Numbered from the whole stretch's first letter, positions 14,096 to 29,049 are shown. The stretch is 63,006 bases of DNA, filler included, from Octopus bimaculoides (GCF_001194135.2; 6 parts of 6 records of this genome joined end to end with filler, not necessarily neighbours in it), one strand, 5' to 3'. The notes: generated by a model from the letters alone, not told the origin. Translations and numbers: made by a program.

Positions 14096-14778
14096 TGTAT
14101 GTATGTATGTATGTATGTATGTATATATATGCATATAGATATATATGTGTATGTATGATATATATATATATATATATATACATACGTATATATACATATA
14201 AGTATGTATATGTATGATATNNNNNNNNNNNNNNNNNNNNNNNNNNNNNNNNNNNNNNNNNNNNNNNNNNNNNNNNNNNNNNNNNNNNNNNNNNNNNNNN
14301 NNNNNNNNNNNNNNNNNNNNNNNNNNNNNNNNNNNNNNNNNNNNNNNNNNNNNNNNNNNNNNNNNNNNNNNNNNNNNNNNNNNNNNNNNNNNNNNNNNNN
14401 NNNNNNNNNNNNNNNNNNNNNNNNNNNNNNNNNNNNNNNNNNNNNNNNNNNNNNNNNNNNNNNNNNNNNNNNNNNNNNNNNNNNNNNNNNNNNNNNNNNN
14501 NNNNNNNNNNNNNNNNNNNNNNNNNNNNNNNNNNNNNNNNNNNNNNNNNNNNNNNNNNNNNNNNNNNNNNNNNNNNNNNNNNNNNNNNNNNNNNNNNNNN
14601 NNNNNNNNNNNNNNNNNNNNNNNNNNNNNNNNNNNNNNNNNNNNNNNNNNNNNNNNNNNNNNNNNNNNNNNNNNNNNNNNNNNNNNNNNNNNNNNNNNNN
14701 NNNNNNNNNNNNNNNNNNNNNNNNNNNNNNNNNNNNNNNNNNNNNNNNNNNNNNNNNNNNNNGATGCTCTGGTACTTG

Positions 14779-14843
<65 letters not shown>

Positions 14844-15887
14844 TGTATGTATGTATGTATGTATGTATGTTACAAACGTATGATTGTGTGTAAGCCATAT
14901 ATGTGGTATGTGCATAGCGTATATATATACATACACGCATACATGCACACAAGCAAACCACACATGCATTCACAGTGTGTTCGGAGAGAAGCAAAGAATG
15001 TTCAACGTAGTTGGTGGAATTCAACATTTTCACTGAAAGTTCGATTCAGATTTGCATCAGCAAAAGTTTCAGACGCAAAAAACACGTCTGATCATCCGAA
15101 CTCATAAATAATGAGCTACAAGGCAGCCACACCTAAATAATGATGATTGTCATTAGAAGAGGAGTATGGATCGTTCTCATTGGTCATTTCGAGTCACGTG
15201 CTGAAATCAATAACTCGATGGATGCTGGCGAACGGCTGGTTAAATGGAAAACAATTTAGCTCTAATGGCTAGGTGTAACCGCTCTTGCCTTTGTTAGAAG
15301 TTTTGGTGAGATTCAAGGTTCCATACAAGTTTTATGAGATCGTATTCACAATGGATTACTAAAAAGCAATTTACAGCCAACTTTGTTCAGCCTTCTTGTT
15401 ATTTACACATCTTACCACTTGCAGCTGGATGCAGTAAACTATGTATTATGTCCATCCTGCTTTAAGATGATAGACGTGTGATTCGAGAGAGTATTACGAG
15501 GTATTTCTAGCGACGATGTACAACCTCCACTTTTGGTTCATGGTCGGGGAGTGTTTATATAAGGAGAGTCTGGAGTTATAGGTAAGCCAAAGAGAAGCCT
15601 CTAACCGAAAACAACAGCAAAAACTACAATGAGATGAAAATCTAATTATAAAATACAAAGTGGAAATGAGAAAACCATAATAAGTTAATTATTTTCCTGT
15701 GAAAAATGAAAACAAACAAAACAAAACAAGAAACAGGTTTTAAATGTTTCAATCCAATTCTGGAAGTTCTGGTTAAAGACAATTAGTCTGCAAGGATTGG
15801 AAATTTCGTTTTTGAAGGCTTTTGTCTTTTACGTATTTCTGTCTTATTTGTAACTTTTACTTTCTGACGCAAACACAAACACGCGCG

Positions 15888-15965
<78 letters not shown>

Positions 15966-16599
15966 GAGAGGAATACACAAAGAACACACACATACACACA
16001 TGGAGAGAGACACACAGAGACACAGAGTAACATAGAAACACAAACACACGGGGAGAGAGAAGCAGAGAACACTCACACACACACATACACACGCAAACAC
16101 GACATACGGTGAGACACACTCACAGTCACATGGAGACATACACACACGAAGAGGGAAAGACACATGTACAAACAGACACGTATACATACACACGCGCACA
16201 CACACACAAACACACTCACACACAATACACACACAATACACACACACCTAATTTCATTGTTTTCTTTTCTATATATCACTACAAACGTTCCATCTAACTC
16301 CATCCACCACAAACAAACCTAGAACTAGAATATAAGATAAATTCTTAATTTCAGTTGTTCCATCATTAAAACACAACATTTTAAATACAAAACAGCAATA
16401 ACAACCAACGTTTCGTTCACTGAGAGTATTTTGTCCACTTTTGAGAACAGTACAGAAGATATCTTTCCTTCTTTCTTTTCTTTTTATCTTGGAGAGGGTG
16501 GGAGAGATCTTTTTTGACGACTACCCCACCCGTCACTGCCTCCACCACCTGATTTTATTCCAGTCTTGTTTTTTTTTAAAACATTTAATTCGTTTTTTA

Positions 16600-16638
<39 letters not shown>

Positions 16639-17265
16639 GCTGTTGCGAGAAATAAAGCGAAATTATGGGGAAACAAGAAACAAAACAACTTCCATTTCAT
16701 GCTTTAAAAGATTCAAACTGCCAAGAATGGTTTGAAAAATGTATTCTAAATGCCTATTGCTTCTCAGCAGATAAAAATANNNNNNNNNNNNNNNNNNNNN
16801 NNNNNNNNNNNNNNNNNNNNNNNNNNNNNNNNNNNNNNNNNNNNNNNNNNNNNNNNNNNNNNNNNNNNNNNNNNNNNNNNNNNNNNNNNNNNNNNNNNNN
16901 NNNNNNNNNNNNNNNNNNNNNNNNNNNNNNNNNNNNNNNNNNNNNNNNNNNNNNNNNNNNNNNNNNNNNNNNNNNNNNNNNNNNNNNNNNNNNNNNNNNN
17001 NNNNNNNNNNNNNNNNNNNNNNNNNNNNNNNNNNNNNNNNNNNNNNNNNNNNNNNNNNNNNNNNNNNNNNNNNNNNNNNNNNNNNNNNNNNNNNNNNNNN
17101 NNNNNNNNNNNNNNNNNNNNNNNNNNNNNNNNNNNNNNNNNNNNNNNNNNNNNNNNNNNNNNNNNNNNNNNNNNNNNNNNNNNNNNNNNNNNNNNNNNNN
17201 NNNNNNNNNNNNNNNNNNNNNNNNNNNNNNNNNNNNNNNNNNNNNNNNNNNNNNNNNNNNNNNNN

Positions 17266-17343
<78 letters not shown>

Positions 17344-18506
17344 TGTGTATGTAAATGCATATATATACTCACACATACAAATATACATATATGTGTGTAT
17401 ATATGTATGTACACACACACATACGGGGAACAGGTTCAAACGAGCATTGTCAGGTTCTCTTAAAGAATTCAAAGAAATTTGAGAGGTAAGATATGCGTGT
17501 GTGTATGCATGGATGTGTGTATATGTGGGCGCGTGTGCATATATAAAGCATATATGTATGTATATTATATACAGGTTAACCGGTAGGAGCACCCACCAAA
17601 TTGAAACTCTACACACACTGCAGATGGCTCCCTGACCGTGCTTTATATATTATTTAATTGATACGATACAGTGTTGGCGAGTACAATTAAAGTACGATCT
17701 GTTGTTATTGTTGGTTACCCACAATAGCTAAGTGGAAATATAACCAAAGACGTTCCGACCTCGACCATCCTGTTTTTCCCTCTTTATAGTATATCTTGGA
17801 CTATATTATGCAGTGTCACTTCTCTCTGGAAAATCTGTCGAACAAGATTGTCAATCATACAGCCTGGGATCCGACATCTTTACTTCTCCGCTCCGATATA
17901 TTCTAAAAATTTTACAATATTCTGTAAAATACCCGTCTTTAGCATGCGTTTAGGGTCGGAACTCTTCTAGAGTTGCGATTAACACGTTACAGTCTTTTGT
18001 AATCTCGACCAATGAAAAAGAAGTTTATGAATCTGTTGATACCCTTCATTTTGTTGATATAGGAGATAAACAAAGGTTTATATTTCAAATTTACGCACGT
18101 GTCCTTCCTAATGGAGCCTGGTGATATGAAAAACATTGAAAAATTTTGCATAATTGTAGGCTTTCCTTTGAACTATATCTCCCTTCTCATTTAAAACACT
18201 ACTTAATAGAACCGTACTTTTAAATTGTGGACGAATTTTTTTCTCACAAAATTTGTTAACGCCTCATATTCACCTTTATTGTTAATAAATGTGTAATGTA
18301 TTTTGATCCGTTTTACCCATTTAATCTGACCCGCATCATGAATTGGGTTTTTAGAAATAATTGCTCCTATCCACTCATAAGACTTTTTCTATGCTTCAGT
18401 CCGGCCCACAAAGCCAAATATGTTCGACGCACTTGGTATAGAGTGAAATTTGTAGGAGATTTCGTAGTTAGTTCAAACAAGTACAGATTTCCCTTCGCTA
18501 TTATGA

Positions 18507-18755
18507 ATGATTTGATGGATGTGAAATGCCTAACTAACTGAAAAGTAAAGCACAAGTCAGAGGTAAGAAAGTGGTTGGGAATTAAAGGACTCAGCTGAAA
18601 TATGCGAGACATGACTGCACTTATATATGATGCACATGGACGAGAAGTAATGAGATGGGTGAAAATGGATGCACACTTGATGGAATGTTATAATCGAAGA
18701 CTTCATGTGAAAGTATTATCGAAAAATATGTGAGAAAAATAATGAAAGATACTGC
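18507..18755 (+). pseudogene. Highly decayed RTE-like LINE C-terminal fragment
   Basis: MI*WM*NA*LTEK*STS..VRKWLGIKGLS*NMR...MMHMDE resembles MLRWMCNV...ELR..LGI.GI...VQERRLRWYGHVMRMDE, with many stops. Confidence 0.45.
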
Positions 18756-18996
18756 GAGGTGAGAGCTCAAGACTAATGAATTCATGAGTGAAAATGGTAA
18801 AGAATTCAAAAGTCAGTCATCATACACACACACACACATACACACACACACACATACACACACATACACACACACACATACACACACACACACAATATAT
18901 ATATATATATACACGTCATACTATACATATATATGCATAGATATAACACAGACATTTACACACATAGTAGAATGCTTACAGACTTGTTTCTTTCTT

Positions 18997-19133
18997 AATT
19001 AGAAATCGTCAGGGCATTAAATAAATGATGGTGAAATATCTAATATATAATATAATGGTTGCCAATGAAGAAGAAGATATTAGAGATACGCTATTTCACC
19101 ATCATTAACTTAATGCTCTAACGGTTTCTAATT
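18997..19133. mobile_element. 137-bp MITE-like fold-back with about 44-bp terminal inverted repeats
   Basis: AATTAGAAATCGTCAGGGCATTAAATAAATGATGGTGAAATA versus the reverse complement of the right end, AATTAGAAACCGTTAGAGCATTAAGTTAATGATGGTGAAATA. TSD unclear. Confidence 0.7.
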
Positions 19134-19330
19134 TAGAAAGAAATAATTTTGTAAGCATTCTTCGAAATAATTATCCATTTCTCTGTCTCCAAGGCATTGA
19201 GTACTTCATTTAGATTGTGCTTTCCAATGTCATTACGATTAATACAACTTTTCATATATAAATGTATGTATGTATGTGTGTGTATGCACACACACACACC
19301 CGTATTTACAGACAAAAAGAGATTAAATGT

Positions 19331-19365
<35 letters not shown>

Positions 19366-19467
19366 TTCAAACATATATATGTACACATGTACNNNNNNNN
19401 NNATATACATATAGATATATTTTGAATATGTGAATCTATACATGCTTAGGTTTTTATTTATGCATAC

Positions 19468-19503
<36 letters not shown>

Positions 19504-20904
19504 CAGACATGCGTACATATATGTAGAATGTGATAAAATCCTTAGTTTTAATAAACTACTAATTTTAACCAATCAGGAAAGAGAAAGAAGGCAACATATT
19601 CATGAACTCATGCCTACGTAATTCCTGTTTATATTTTATTCATTATAAATATACATGGCATCCTTTAAAGATGTAAAATGCTGTTATTAAAATGTTGAAG
19701 GTGCAATAGCAACGCTTGGTCTGAATATTCATGAGACAAACTGATGCAATGAAGGCGATTAACCGAAACACCGAGAAGACCGTTGGATTCATTAGGCCAC
19801 AAATATCAGCAAGCGACTTTTAATTATTCAGATTCCATTAGGAAAATTGTAAACGCTTTCCTTTATCCTCATGTGTAATTAATTGATTGTAGCGAAGAAC
19901 TTCTGCATGGTCATAATCCGCTGGGATGGCGTCATCTTGTATAAACTTCATTTGGTAATGTCACGAGTTCTGCTTACTGAACTAAAACATTTGAATTTTG
20001 TATGACTTGCAAAGTTTTCCTCTAGTTTTTTTCGCACTTCTAGGGATAATTGACCAAGTCTTGCAGTGGAATGGCAAAACTTTTGTTTCTTTAAATACCC
20101 GCGTGAGATTTCTTACAATTATTTCTTTTAAATGGTTTTACTGGATATCGTGTGTGTTGTTGGCACCGAAATATGTATTGCACTGTCACCATATCTATTA
20201 AATAACCCCAGGGCTTCAAATCCGGTGTCTAGATGATATTAATATCTTCAATAGATAAAATAGGAATTACCATTTCGTGGAGGCATAAGAAGATGACATA
20301 TTTCATCGTTTTTATGATTGCTTAAACTTATTAGTTGATGAACAATAAGATAAGGAATTGTCCTGAGCATTGCTTATATATGTGGTCCACCAACATTGAT
20401 GTAGTTAACGCTCAACTGCTGCAAATCGATGGATACAAGAAAAACCTGTGCAGAAAAGGCTTTCCATAGAACCGATATTCAGGGAGGAGAGGAAAGGTTT
20501 GTGTAGGGCCTGAGGGGTGAGTGTGGACCTAATACTTTTTGAGTGAAATTGGGTGCGGGACGGACTCTGAAAAAGTGTCGGGTGGATTGTATTCGTGATT
20601 CAAAGACACCGCCTTGACATACATTGTTTTCCATGATCCTTGTGAGAATTATGAATACATTATACCTTACACGTGAATAAGTACTTCGGTTGATCAAACG
20701 TCTACATGTTCATTGGTGAAACCAGCGGAGAATAATTTATATGGCTCTGAAGAAGCAATAAGGCGTCACACAAAGCTTCTTATAGCAGAAACAGCTGCAA
20801 GTTAATGAATGAGATTATGCAACTCCTGCTCTTTTTGTCATTCATTCATTAATATTATATCGATTTCTAACAACTAGTAATTAGTAGCGCTAAGCATAAG
20901 CGAA

Positions 20905-20966
<62 letters not shown>

Positions 20967-21292
20967 TATTGTAGTTCCTACGCGTATTTCACTATTATGA
21001 TAGTTTAGATCCGTAATGATTAGTTGTGATTGAGCATGTATCAATAAATGCACATGGAACACCTGTTGCAGCAATCCGGACTACCATAATGGTGAAACGC
21101 TCGTAGGAACTATAATATAAACTTGTGTTTATCATTATTTCGCCTACATTTGCTCAGTAGCTTATAAATAGTAATACTACTTAGAATAGAAGTTACTTAA
21201 CAACTATACAGGAAGCAGACTGGATTATGATAATCTATGTGGAGCTCTCAACGTAACATTTACAGGCGTACATCTATTTGTACACATAATTC

Positions 21293-21334
<42 letters not shown>

Positions 21335-22259
21335 CCTCTCTCTCTCTATCTATCTATCTACATACATGTATACACAGTGCATGCATAGTAGTTTGCGGAT
21401 GAATCCTTTCTTTTATTCCCACTAGATGATGTTGTTGTTGTTGTTATCGTTGTTTTTGTTGTTATTTAGGAAAGTAAAACCAAGATGTAATTCTACTCAA
21501 GAAGGAAAGTATTTTCAAAGAATTTCAGATAAATACAAACAGAGGTTTGTCCCGATGCACCGTGGTTGGTAGAATATCTTACTTAAACACAGTCAAAGTG
21601 ATAAAATGTACTTTTGTGTATGAATTTGCCAGAGTGTTTTATTCACATTCAATTATATTTAGACATTGTAATTTCGCCTGACAAACCACATGGTAATTCG
21701 CATTTATCATTGATTTTTGCAAATTAAATTAAATTCATTGAAAATTATCGGTCAGGATGTGCATTAATGAACGAGAGCAGATATCTGTGAATCCAATATT
21801 GAATGTTTAAATGTATTGCCTACTTACAGGCAATTCTAGATTTTTAAGTATTTCAAATGAATATATTTAAATTCTGATTATATTCCAGTTCCTTTACTTA
21901 TTGACTTCGGAGAACCAGATAAAGCACGTCTGATGGTTATTGTATACGTATGTACATACACAGGAATAATAAAGAAATATATAAAGCCTATTCATTCATT
22001 TCTATGGATGGATAACACGACTTCCCTTTATGCTACATGCTATTAGCTGTTTTGGTAATGTATTCATTCACTTATATGAATATTTTCTGTCTCTGAGTTC
22101 TTTAATAAAGTTATTACGCTAAAATTATATTCTCGTTCCATCAACGGGAAATCCATTTCCATAATATGTATTACGTATCATATTTTATTTATTTATGTGT
22201 TTCAGCCAAGTGGCTGCGGTCATGCTGGTGCACCATATTTTACATACACGTGTGTTCAC

Positions 22260-22328
<69 letters not shown>

Positions 22329-22976
22329 AACATATATATTTATATATGTAACATTATATAACACCACACATACACGAACACACAGATGCACACACACACA
22401 CACTCAAGGAGCCTATGTGGTCGCACATCACGCTAGAAATAACTGCCAATTAACCCTTTAAATTACACCACATTCGCTTATCACAAGACAATAATGCTGT
22501 TTTAGTTACCCAACGTTGTATAATAAAATGAAAGGGTCATGGTTAGCCCGCCTTTAATCACATAACTCGTCGTTTAAGGCTCTCCTGATGTTAACAACAC
22601 CAATGATAACTCTAATAAAAGGAAACGGAATAATGGATTTTTTTTTCTCTTCCTAAAGTTGCTTCAACTGAAGTTCATGATGGTGGTGGCATTACCAAAA
22701 GACAATCTAAAATATTCCACTTGACTTTAAACAATATCCATCTGTCTGTCTGTCAGTCGAACTGTCTGTTTGCCTGTTCATTCCGTCTGATGATAAAACA
22801 GCGAATATTCATGTGTTTAGCACATCGCAGTTGGCCGTGTGATTATGGAACCGTACAACCATTACAGCGATGGTTGGATCTGTAATTCCTGTCATCGGAA
22901 TATATTTTGGATGGAATGGAATAAACTTCTAAGAATTAACAGGTCAAATGAATTATGTATGTATGTATGTAGATAA

Positions 22977-23037
<61 letters not shown>

Positions 23038-23126
23038 CCTATTTTTTCGCTATCTGTGTGTAGTTTAGTCTGTGTGGATGGCTACCTACCTATATGTATC
23101 CCCGTCTGTCTGTCTGATATATATAT

Positions 23127-23174
<48 letters not shown>

Positions 23175-23503
23175 CTATTCTTCTAACCCTGCAGTTACTT
23201 TCCTGATATTTGAAAACATTACATTCACGCTCAGCATTCAGCTTTGCTTAACCCGCATAATTTAAAAAATGGAAAATGTAAATGAATAAAGAAAGAAATT
23301 CCTACAATAATTCACATCAAATACTTAAACCTGTTTTGATTATCATTTTAGCTGACACTCTGCCACTAACAATGATTTTACTTCTGTTGTACACAGCCGG
23401 AAGTCCCCGCAGGCAGCTGCGCCGCATTTCCGAAAATTTTGAATTAGCATAAGAATGTATAAACAATGTTTGATATAAAAAGTATAGAAATGAATATTCT
23501 ATA

Positions 23504-23539
<36 letters not shown>

Positions 23540-25037
23540 NNNNNNNNNNNNNNNNNNNNNNNNNNNNNNNNNNNNNNNNNNNNNNNNNNNNNNNNNNNNN
23601 NNNNNNNNNNNNNNNNNNNNNNNNNNNNNNNNNNNNNNNNNNNNNNNNNNNNNNNNNNNNNNNNNNNNNNNNNNNNNNNNNNNNNNNNNNNNNNNNNNNN
23701 NNNNNNNNNNNNNNNNNNNNNNNNNNNNNNNNNNNNNNNNNNNNNNNNNNNNNNNNNNNNNNNNNNNNNNNNNNTATATACATACATACTAACATGCTCA
23801 GAAACACGTACACACGCACATACTATTTCCTTGATTTTGATTAAACAGTGGTGCATATTTTAATCAACAATCATTTTGCCTAAAGTTGCACGTTGGGCCA
23901 TTTTCAGTATACAATTACACACGTTTTACTTAACAAACCACAGTTGTCTTCTCTTTACCGCCAGAGATTAGGCATACCCGTAATAGTCTCTCGTACGCAG
24001 TTATATTCAGACCAACGGTTATTCAACCATTGCAATATTTCTAGGGTTAGACTAAAGTAGAATTTAAACAAACTGGAATTCATACCATTTCGTTAAACAA
24101 TTGTCGTCTACGAGGTGGTACGCAATTCTTTGAAATGTCGTCCTAAAATCTGACTGGCCACTACGACGACAACCAATATATTTACAACTGGATCAACTCA
24201 GGAATTGTTATGTCAGAATAATAGTTTCCTTTCATAGCAAAGGTGATAAGCTCACGATTCACCGAAGAATAACCAGCTAGTACTTGATTTCACAAATTTT
24301 ATAAAGCCATTTTAGTTACATCGTAGTATTTTCAATCGTTTCATTAGAAATATGACCGATCTAGTTTTTCATTCTTTTGCCGTTAATTTTTGTTGTACCT
24401 TCATAACAATCATGCGTTGTATGACATTATCGGTCATTTGTTTACAATTCGTATTATGTTAAAATGTTAACACTTTCTCATGAATGACATTATCGTCTGT
24501 TTTGTTGCAGATGCTTTCAACAAATACACATATTTATGTTCATTAATCCACCAACCTATGTATTCTGCGATTTGTGACATTATGCATGGCACGTAATATT
24601 TTCATTCTGCGTTTAACATGTTATGAAGCTTTTAACACTACGTTAAACAACTTAATTCTTATTCGAGGCCTTATTCAATCAGAAATCGCTTTATTAAATA
24701 TTATTTAGCTACTGCAGACCGATAAGACTCTTATAAATATCTCGTAGACTTTTCTGTTCCATTCAGAAGTAAGCGTAATTATTACCATGAATAAAATGAA
24801 GATTAAACTATATATACTCGCCCGCCCATCCATCCATCCATCCCTCCATCCGTCCGTCCGTCCGTCCGTCCGTCTGTCTAGTTTAAATGAATAACCGGGA
24901 AGAAAATAGCTGGTATTTTAGTTATTTGATTACGATCGTTTTGGTAGTCGGTAATCAATGATCAGTGTATATTATATCGATCATTAACCATATCATGTTA
25001 TGGTATGATGAAGTACAATTTATCTGAGGAATTATCG

Positions 25038-25364
25038 TGGCACTCCGTCGGTTACAACGACGAGCGTTCCAGTTGATCTGATCAACGGAACAACCTGCTT
25101 GTGAAATTAACGTGCAAGTGGCTGAGCATTCCACAGACACGTGTACCCTTAATGTAGTTCTCGGGGAGATTCAACGTGACACAGAGTGTGACAAGGCTGG
25201 CCCTTTGAAATACAGGCACAACAGAAACAGGAAGGAAGAGTGAGAGAAAGTTGTGGTGAAAGAATACAGCAGGGTTCACCATCATCCCCTGCCGGAGCCT
25301 CGTGGAGCCTTAGGTGTTTTCGCTCAATAAACACGATCCTATGACCGCGAGTCCGCTGCCCTAA
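25038..25364 (-). mobile_element. tRNA-headed SINE family K (same family as 29713-30106); head truncated by a gap
   Basis: Reverse complement aligns over about 300 bp to 29730-30100 (GTCACACTCTGTGTCAC, CTCCCCGAGAACTAC, TTGCACGTTAATTTCAC). Confidence 0.9.
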
Positions 25365-25507
25365 NNNNNNNNNNNNNNNNNNNNNNNNNNNNNNNNNNNN
25401 NNNNNNNNNNNNNNNNNNNNNNNNNNNNNNNNNNNNNNNNNNNNNNNNNNNNNNNNNNNNNNNNNNNNNNNNNNNNNNNNNNNNNNNNNNNNNNNNNNNN
25501 NNNNNNN

Positions 25508-25543
<36 letters not shown>

Positions 25544-25547
25544 AGGA

Positions 25548-26481
25548 TATCTAACCAACAGGCTGACAATAGAAAAGTGATATTGTGCCAGTGCACGTAT
25601 CATTACTATTGGCGTAATGACTCTCTCAAGACTCAAGGTTTGTTTCAACACTCGAGGCAACATCAAAAATCTTGCAAGCCAAACAAAAAATGTGACCGAG
25701 GGTGACGGAGCACCTATATTGCAAGAGATAAGAGTTAAAAGCTCATAATACTGTATGAAACGCACATTATATATACACTTACGGGAAAGGTAACCGCCCA
25801 TGAGCGACTCTAGGATCACTTGACTAGTCTACGCTGGTCAGCAGTGTCCAAAGACGGTTTCACACTTTTTCCTTATAAAATTTGGATGCACCCCCCCCCC
25901 CCCCCCCATATGTTCTGTAACCAAGTGGTTCTACAAAACCTGATAAAATAACAACTGAAATCGATATGATTGACAAACCCAGTAAAAGCGGTGCTCCAGC
26001 ACGGCTGCAGTCCAATGAATAAAATGAGTGAAAGAACAAAAGACTAAATTATACATATAAACATACCTTAACAGGAAACTCAGCAGAAATGGGTTAAATG
26101 TACCACTTACCTGAAATAAACGAAAGATCTATATTAGGTACGATTACAATAAGATATTAGAGATGACGATCAAAATGATAACATGGGGTAAGTATTTACA
26201 TATGTTAATATAATAGGATATAAATATAATATACATATATACTCACACACACATCATGCTGTGTCTTGAGAAGGTCATTACGCCAATAATGACACACGCA
26301 CTGGTTCAATATTCAATATCACATTATTAGTCAACTGGTTATATATCTAACCAACAGACTGACAATAAAGAAGTGATATTGAGCCAGTGCACGTATCATT
26401 ACTATTGGCGTAATGACCCTCCCAAGACTCAAGATTTGTTTCAACACTCGAGGTAACATCAAGAATCTTGCAAGCCAAACA
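25548..26481. repeat. About 140-bp direct duplication (25548-25690 and 26343-26481) plus an inverted partial copy (26266-26332)
   Basis: ATATCTAACCAACAG...CTTGCAAGCCAAACA occurs twice. 26266-26332 is the reverse complement of about 26359-26428. Confidence 0.85.
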
Positions 26482-26491
26482 NNNNNNNNNN

Positions 26492-26522
<31 letters not shown>

Positions 26523-27824
26523 GCACACACACTCACACACAATATATATATATGCATGTATATGTGTGTGTGCGTGCGCGTACGTGAAAACAATTTATAT
26601 GTAAAACAAAATCAAAATATATATATATATATGAAAAAAAAAATGAAAATTTGTCCATGTTCGGATTTGTGAGGTGGAGATGATGATCCTTTGTGGAAGT
26701 TAACCCTAATTAATCGCGTAGGTGAATCAGAAAGTAATGCAATCTTTATTTGCATTACTTTTTGACTCCATGAATATAGGAAAAGGAGTCAAACGGTGAT
26801 CGAAATAAAAATTACACTACTTTCTGACTTTCCCTCTTACATATGATTGAAGCCACAGGTCAGTCTTCAGATTGAGCCAAACCATGCGGAAAGGTGATCA
26901 CCAGTGAACATTACGTCTTTCTTTCTTTGAGAGATGACGTATCTAGGGCTATATTAATTTTGTCCTTTTGTAATACAGATTAACTTAAAGAGAGTCTAGA
27001 TGCGGTATTATAGCAGGTGGAGTACAATTTTATAGTGATAGGTGAAGAAAGATAATTTTTCCGCAGCCATATTGAAAAGTATACGGTGAGCTTTCACTTC
27101 CGGCTTGTGTAAGAGAGAGCTTTACACAAGCCGGAGCAACCAACCATTTCTTTTGCCAGCCAACCAGTTTGAATCAAACAAACTAACGGAAAAGAGAAGA
27201 GCGAGGTAAAGTATTTATTTAATCAGCTTCAATTTAGAGATTTTTCACCCAAGTTTTATGAACATAAATTTAACCCATCAGAGGAAACATTAATTCTTCC
27301 TATTTTGATTTTGTTGCAGATGGCACAGCTTCAAAGATGAATGATATAAAATAACATTTTTTTTAAAAGTTGGATGAGATTAAAATGGGAGAAAATAAAA
27401 TCTATTTAACTTTAAGGGATTGATCACAGTGATTCCATCAAAGAGGAACGGAAAGATTAAAACAAAACATTGAAAAAAATGAATGAAACAAAAACATGCA
27501 TAAATGTGTGTGTGTGTATATGCGCGTGCGTGTCCATGCATGTGTGTGCGTGCGCATAGCATATAAGGATCTGTGAAATATTTTGAATTGTTTCAAACAA
27601 AGCTTTATTTCGATGATATAATACACAACACACACATTTATGTCTATTTAGATTGTTTGATGTTAAAACAATATATTTCTATTTTAGAAATATGAACACA
27701 CGCACATTTATCCACACACACTTGCATGAGGAGTAATATAGATAAATAGATAATTACATAAATTATACGGTTAGGTAAGTAGCTAACTAATAAATATTGG
27801 TATGCATGTATGTATGTATGCATG

Positions 27825-27870
<46 letters not shown>

Positions 27871-27871
27871 A

Positions 27872-27910
<39 letters not shown>

Positions 27911-28059
27911 GATTACTATTTCGTTTAGGCGCAGCGATACAAGTAGCCTTGTATTAGAATTCTATAGACATATGCTTCAGGAGAAAGCGTTAGTCGAGTG
28001 CAGAGCGTTATGAGAAATTAAATAAATGACAAAGAAACAAGAAATTATGTGATGAATCA

Positions 28060-28520
28060 TTGTTCAAAACATCGCTAAAATGCTGCCATCATCTGGACTT
28101 CATTCCATCTCGCTTGCACAGGAGCGCATTGCCAATATTTGCCTAAAGACATAGAATGGTGAGCCATAGATTGCACGCAGCTGGTTGTACAGTATCTGTC
28201 TGAATTTCGCAGGCTTTTTATCATTAGCGTATGGCCTTTGCTACTCAGCCCTCTTATTCGACCTTAACTTTGCACTCTTTAAAATCTTTCATGGGCTTAT
28301 CTTGTTCAAGTCCCGCCACAGAACATATGAGCAGCTTGTCAAGTCCCATATATATTTTCTTCCAGCAACTTTGTCATAAGTCCTTCGTTTTCTTTAAACC
28401 AGTCCTGGTGTTTTCCTTCAATGAATACAAGCGAAGAGGAAACGGCTTCGTAGAGCTGCTCATAAAAACTTAAACGTGGATCAACGTTGTGATTTAGATC
28501 TCTCGCAACTGCTTCTTCGT
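28060..28520 (-). pseudogene. RTE-clade LINE ORF fragment (endonuclease-RT linker), decayed
   Basis: Minus strand gives LYEAVSSSLVFIEGKHQDWFKENEGLMTKLLEEN...LYNQLRAIYGSP...R*WQHFSDVLN, matching RTE motifs RKHQDWFDEND.EI..LL.EK, FY..LKAIYGP and RW.EHF..VLN. Confidence 0.75.
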
Positions 28521-28812
28521 ATTCTCCAAGCCTAGTACTGAATTTATCGGTCTCTTTTGCCGAACCTCTATTTCATGGCGACGTAAACACACCAACATCG
28601 GATTTGAAGTGATGTTGGGGAGACAAATACAGATACACAAACATATTTAAATATATGTATGTATATAAATACGACGGGCTTCTTTCAGTTTCCGTCTTCC
28701 CGGTCCGCGGCTATAGTAGAAGACTCTTGTCCAAAGTGCCTCGTAGTGGCACTGAACCTAGAACCATGTTGTTGGTAAGCAAGCTACTTACCCCACAGCC
28801 ACTCCTGTGCCT
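28521..28812 (-). mobile_element. SINE family A, internally deleted
   Basis: Reverse complement starts GGCACAGGAGTGGCTGTGGGGTAAGTAGCTTGCTTACCAAC and includes the post-microsatellite segment. Confidence 0.85.
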
Positions 28813-28964
28813 ATATATATATATAAATGTAAGAACTTACTGTGGATATATATATATATATATANNNNNNNNNNNNNNNNNNNNNNNNNNNNNNNNNNNN
28901 NNNNNNNNTTAATTAATTAANNNNNNNNNNNNNNNNNNNNNNNNNNNNNNNNNNNNNNNNNNNN

Positions 28965-29049
<85 letters not shown>

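Noticed and set aside
20410-20510. QIDGYKK...GGEERFV resembling a LINE endonuclease motif
   Set aside because: Requires frameshifts and only a few residues match; not distinguishable from chance.
21076-21112. ACC[ATAAT]GGT-GAAAC-GCTC-GTA-GGA hammerhead-like right half
   Set aside because: The CUGANGA segment is absent (GGACT in its place).
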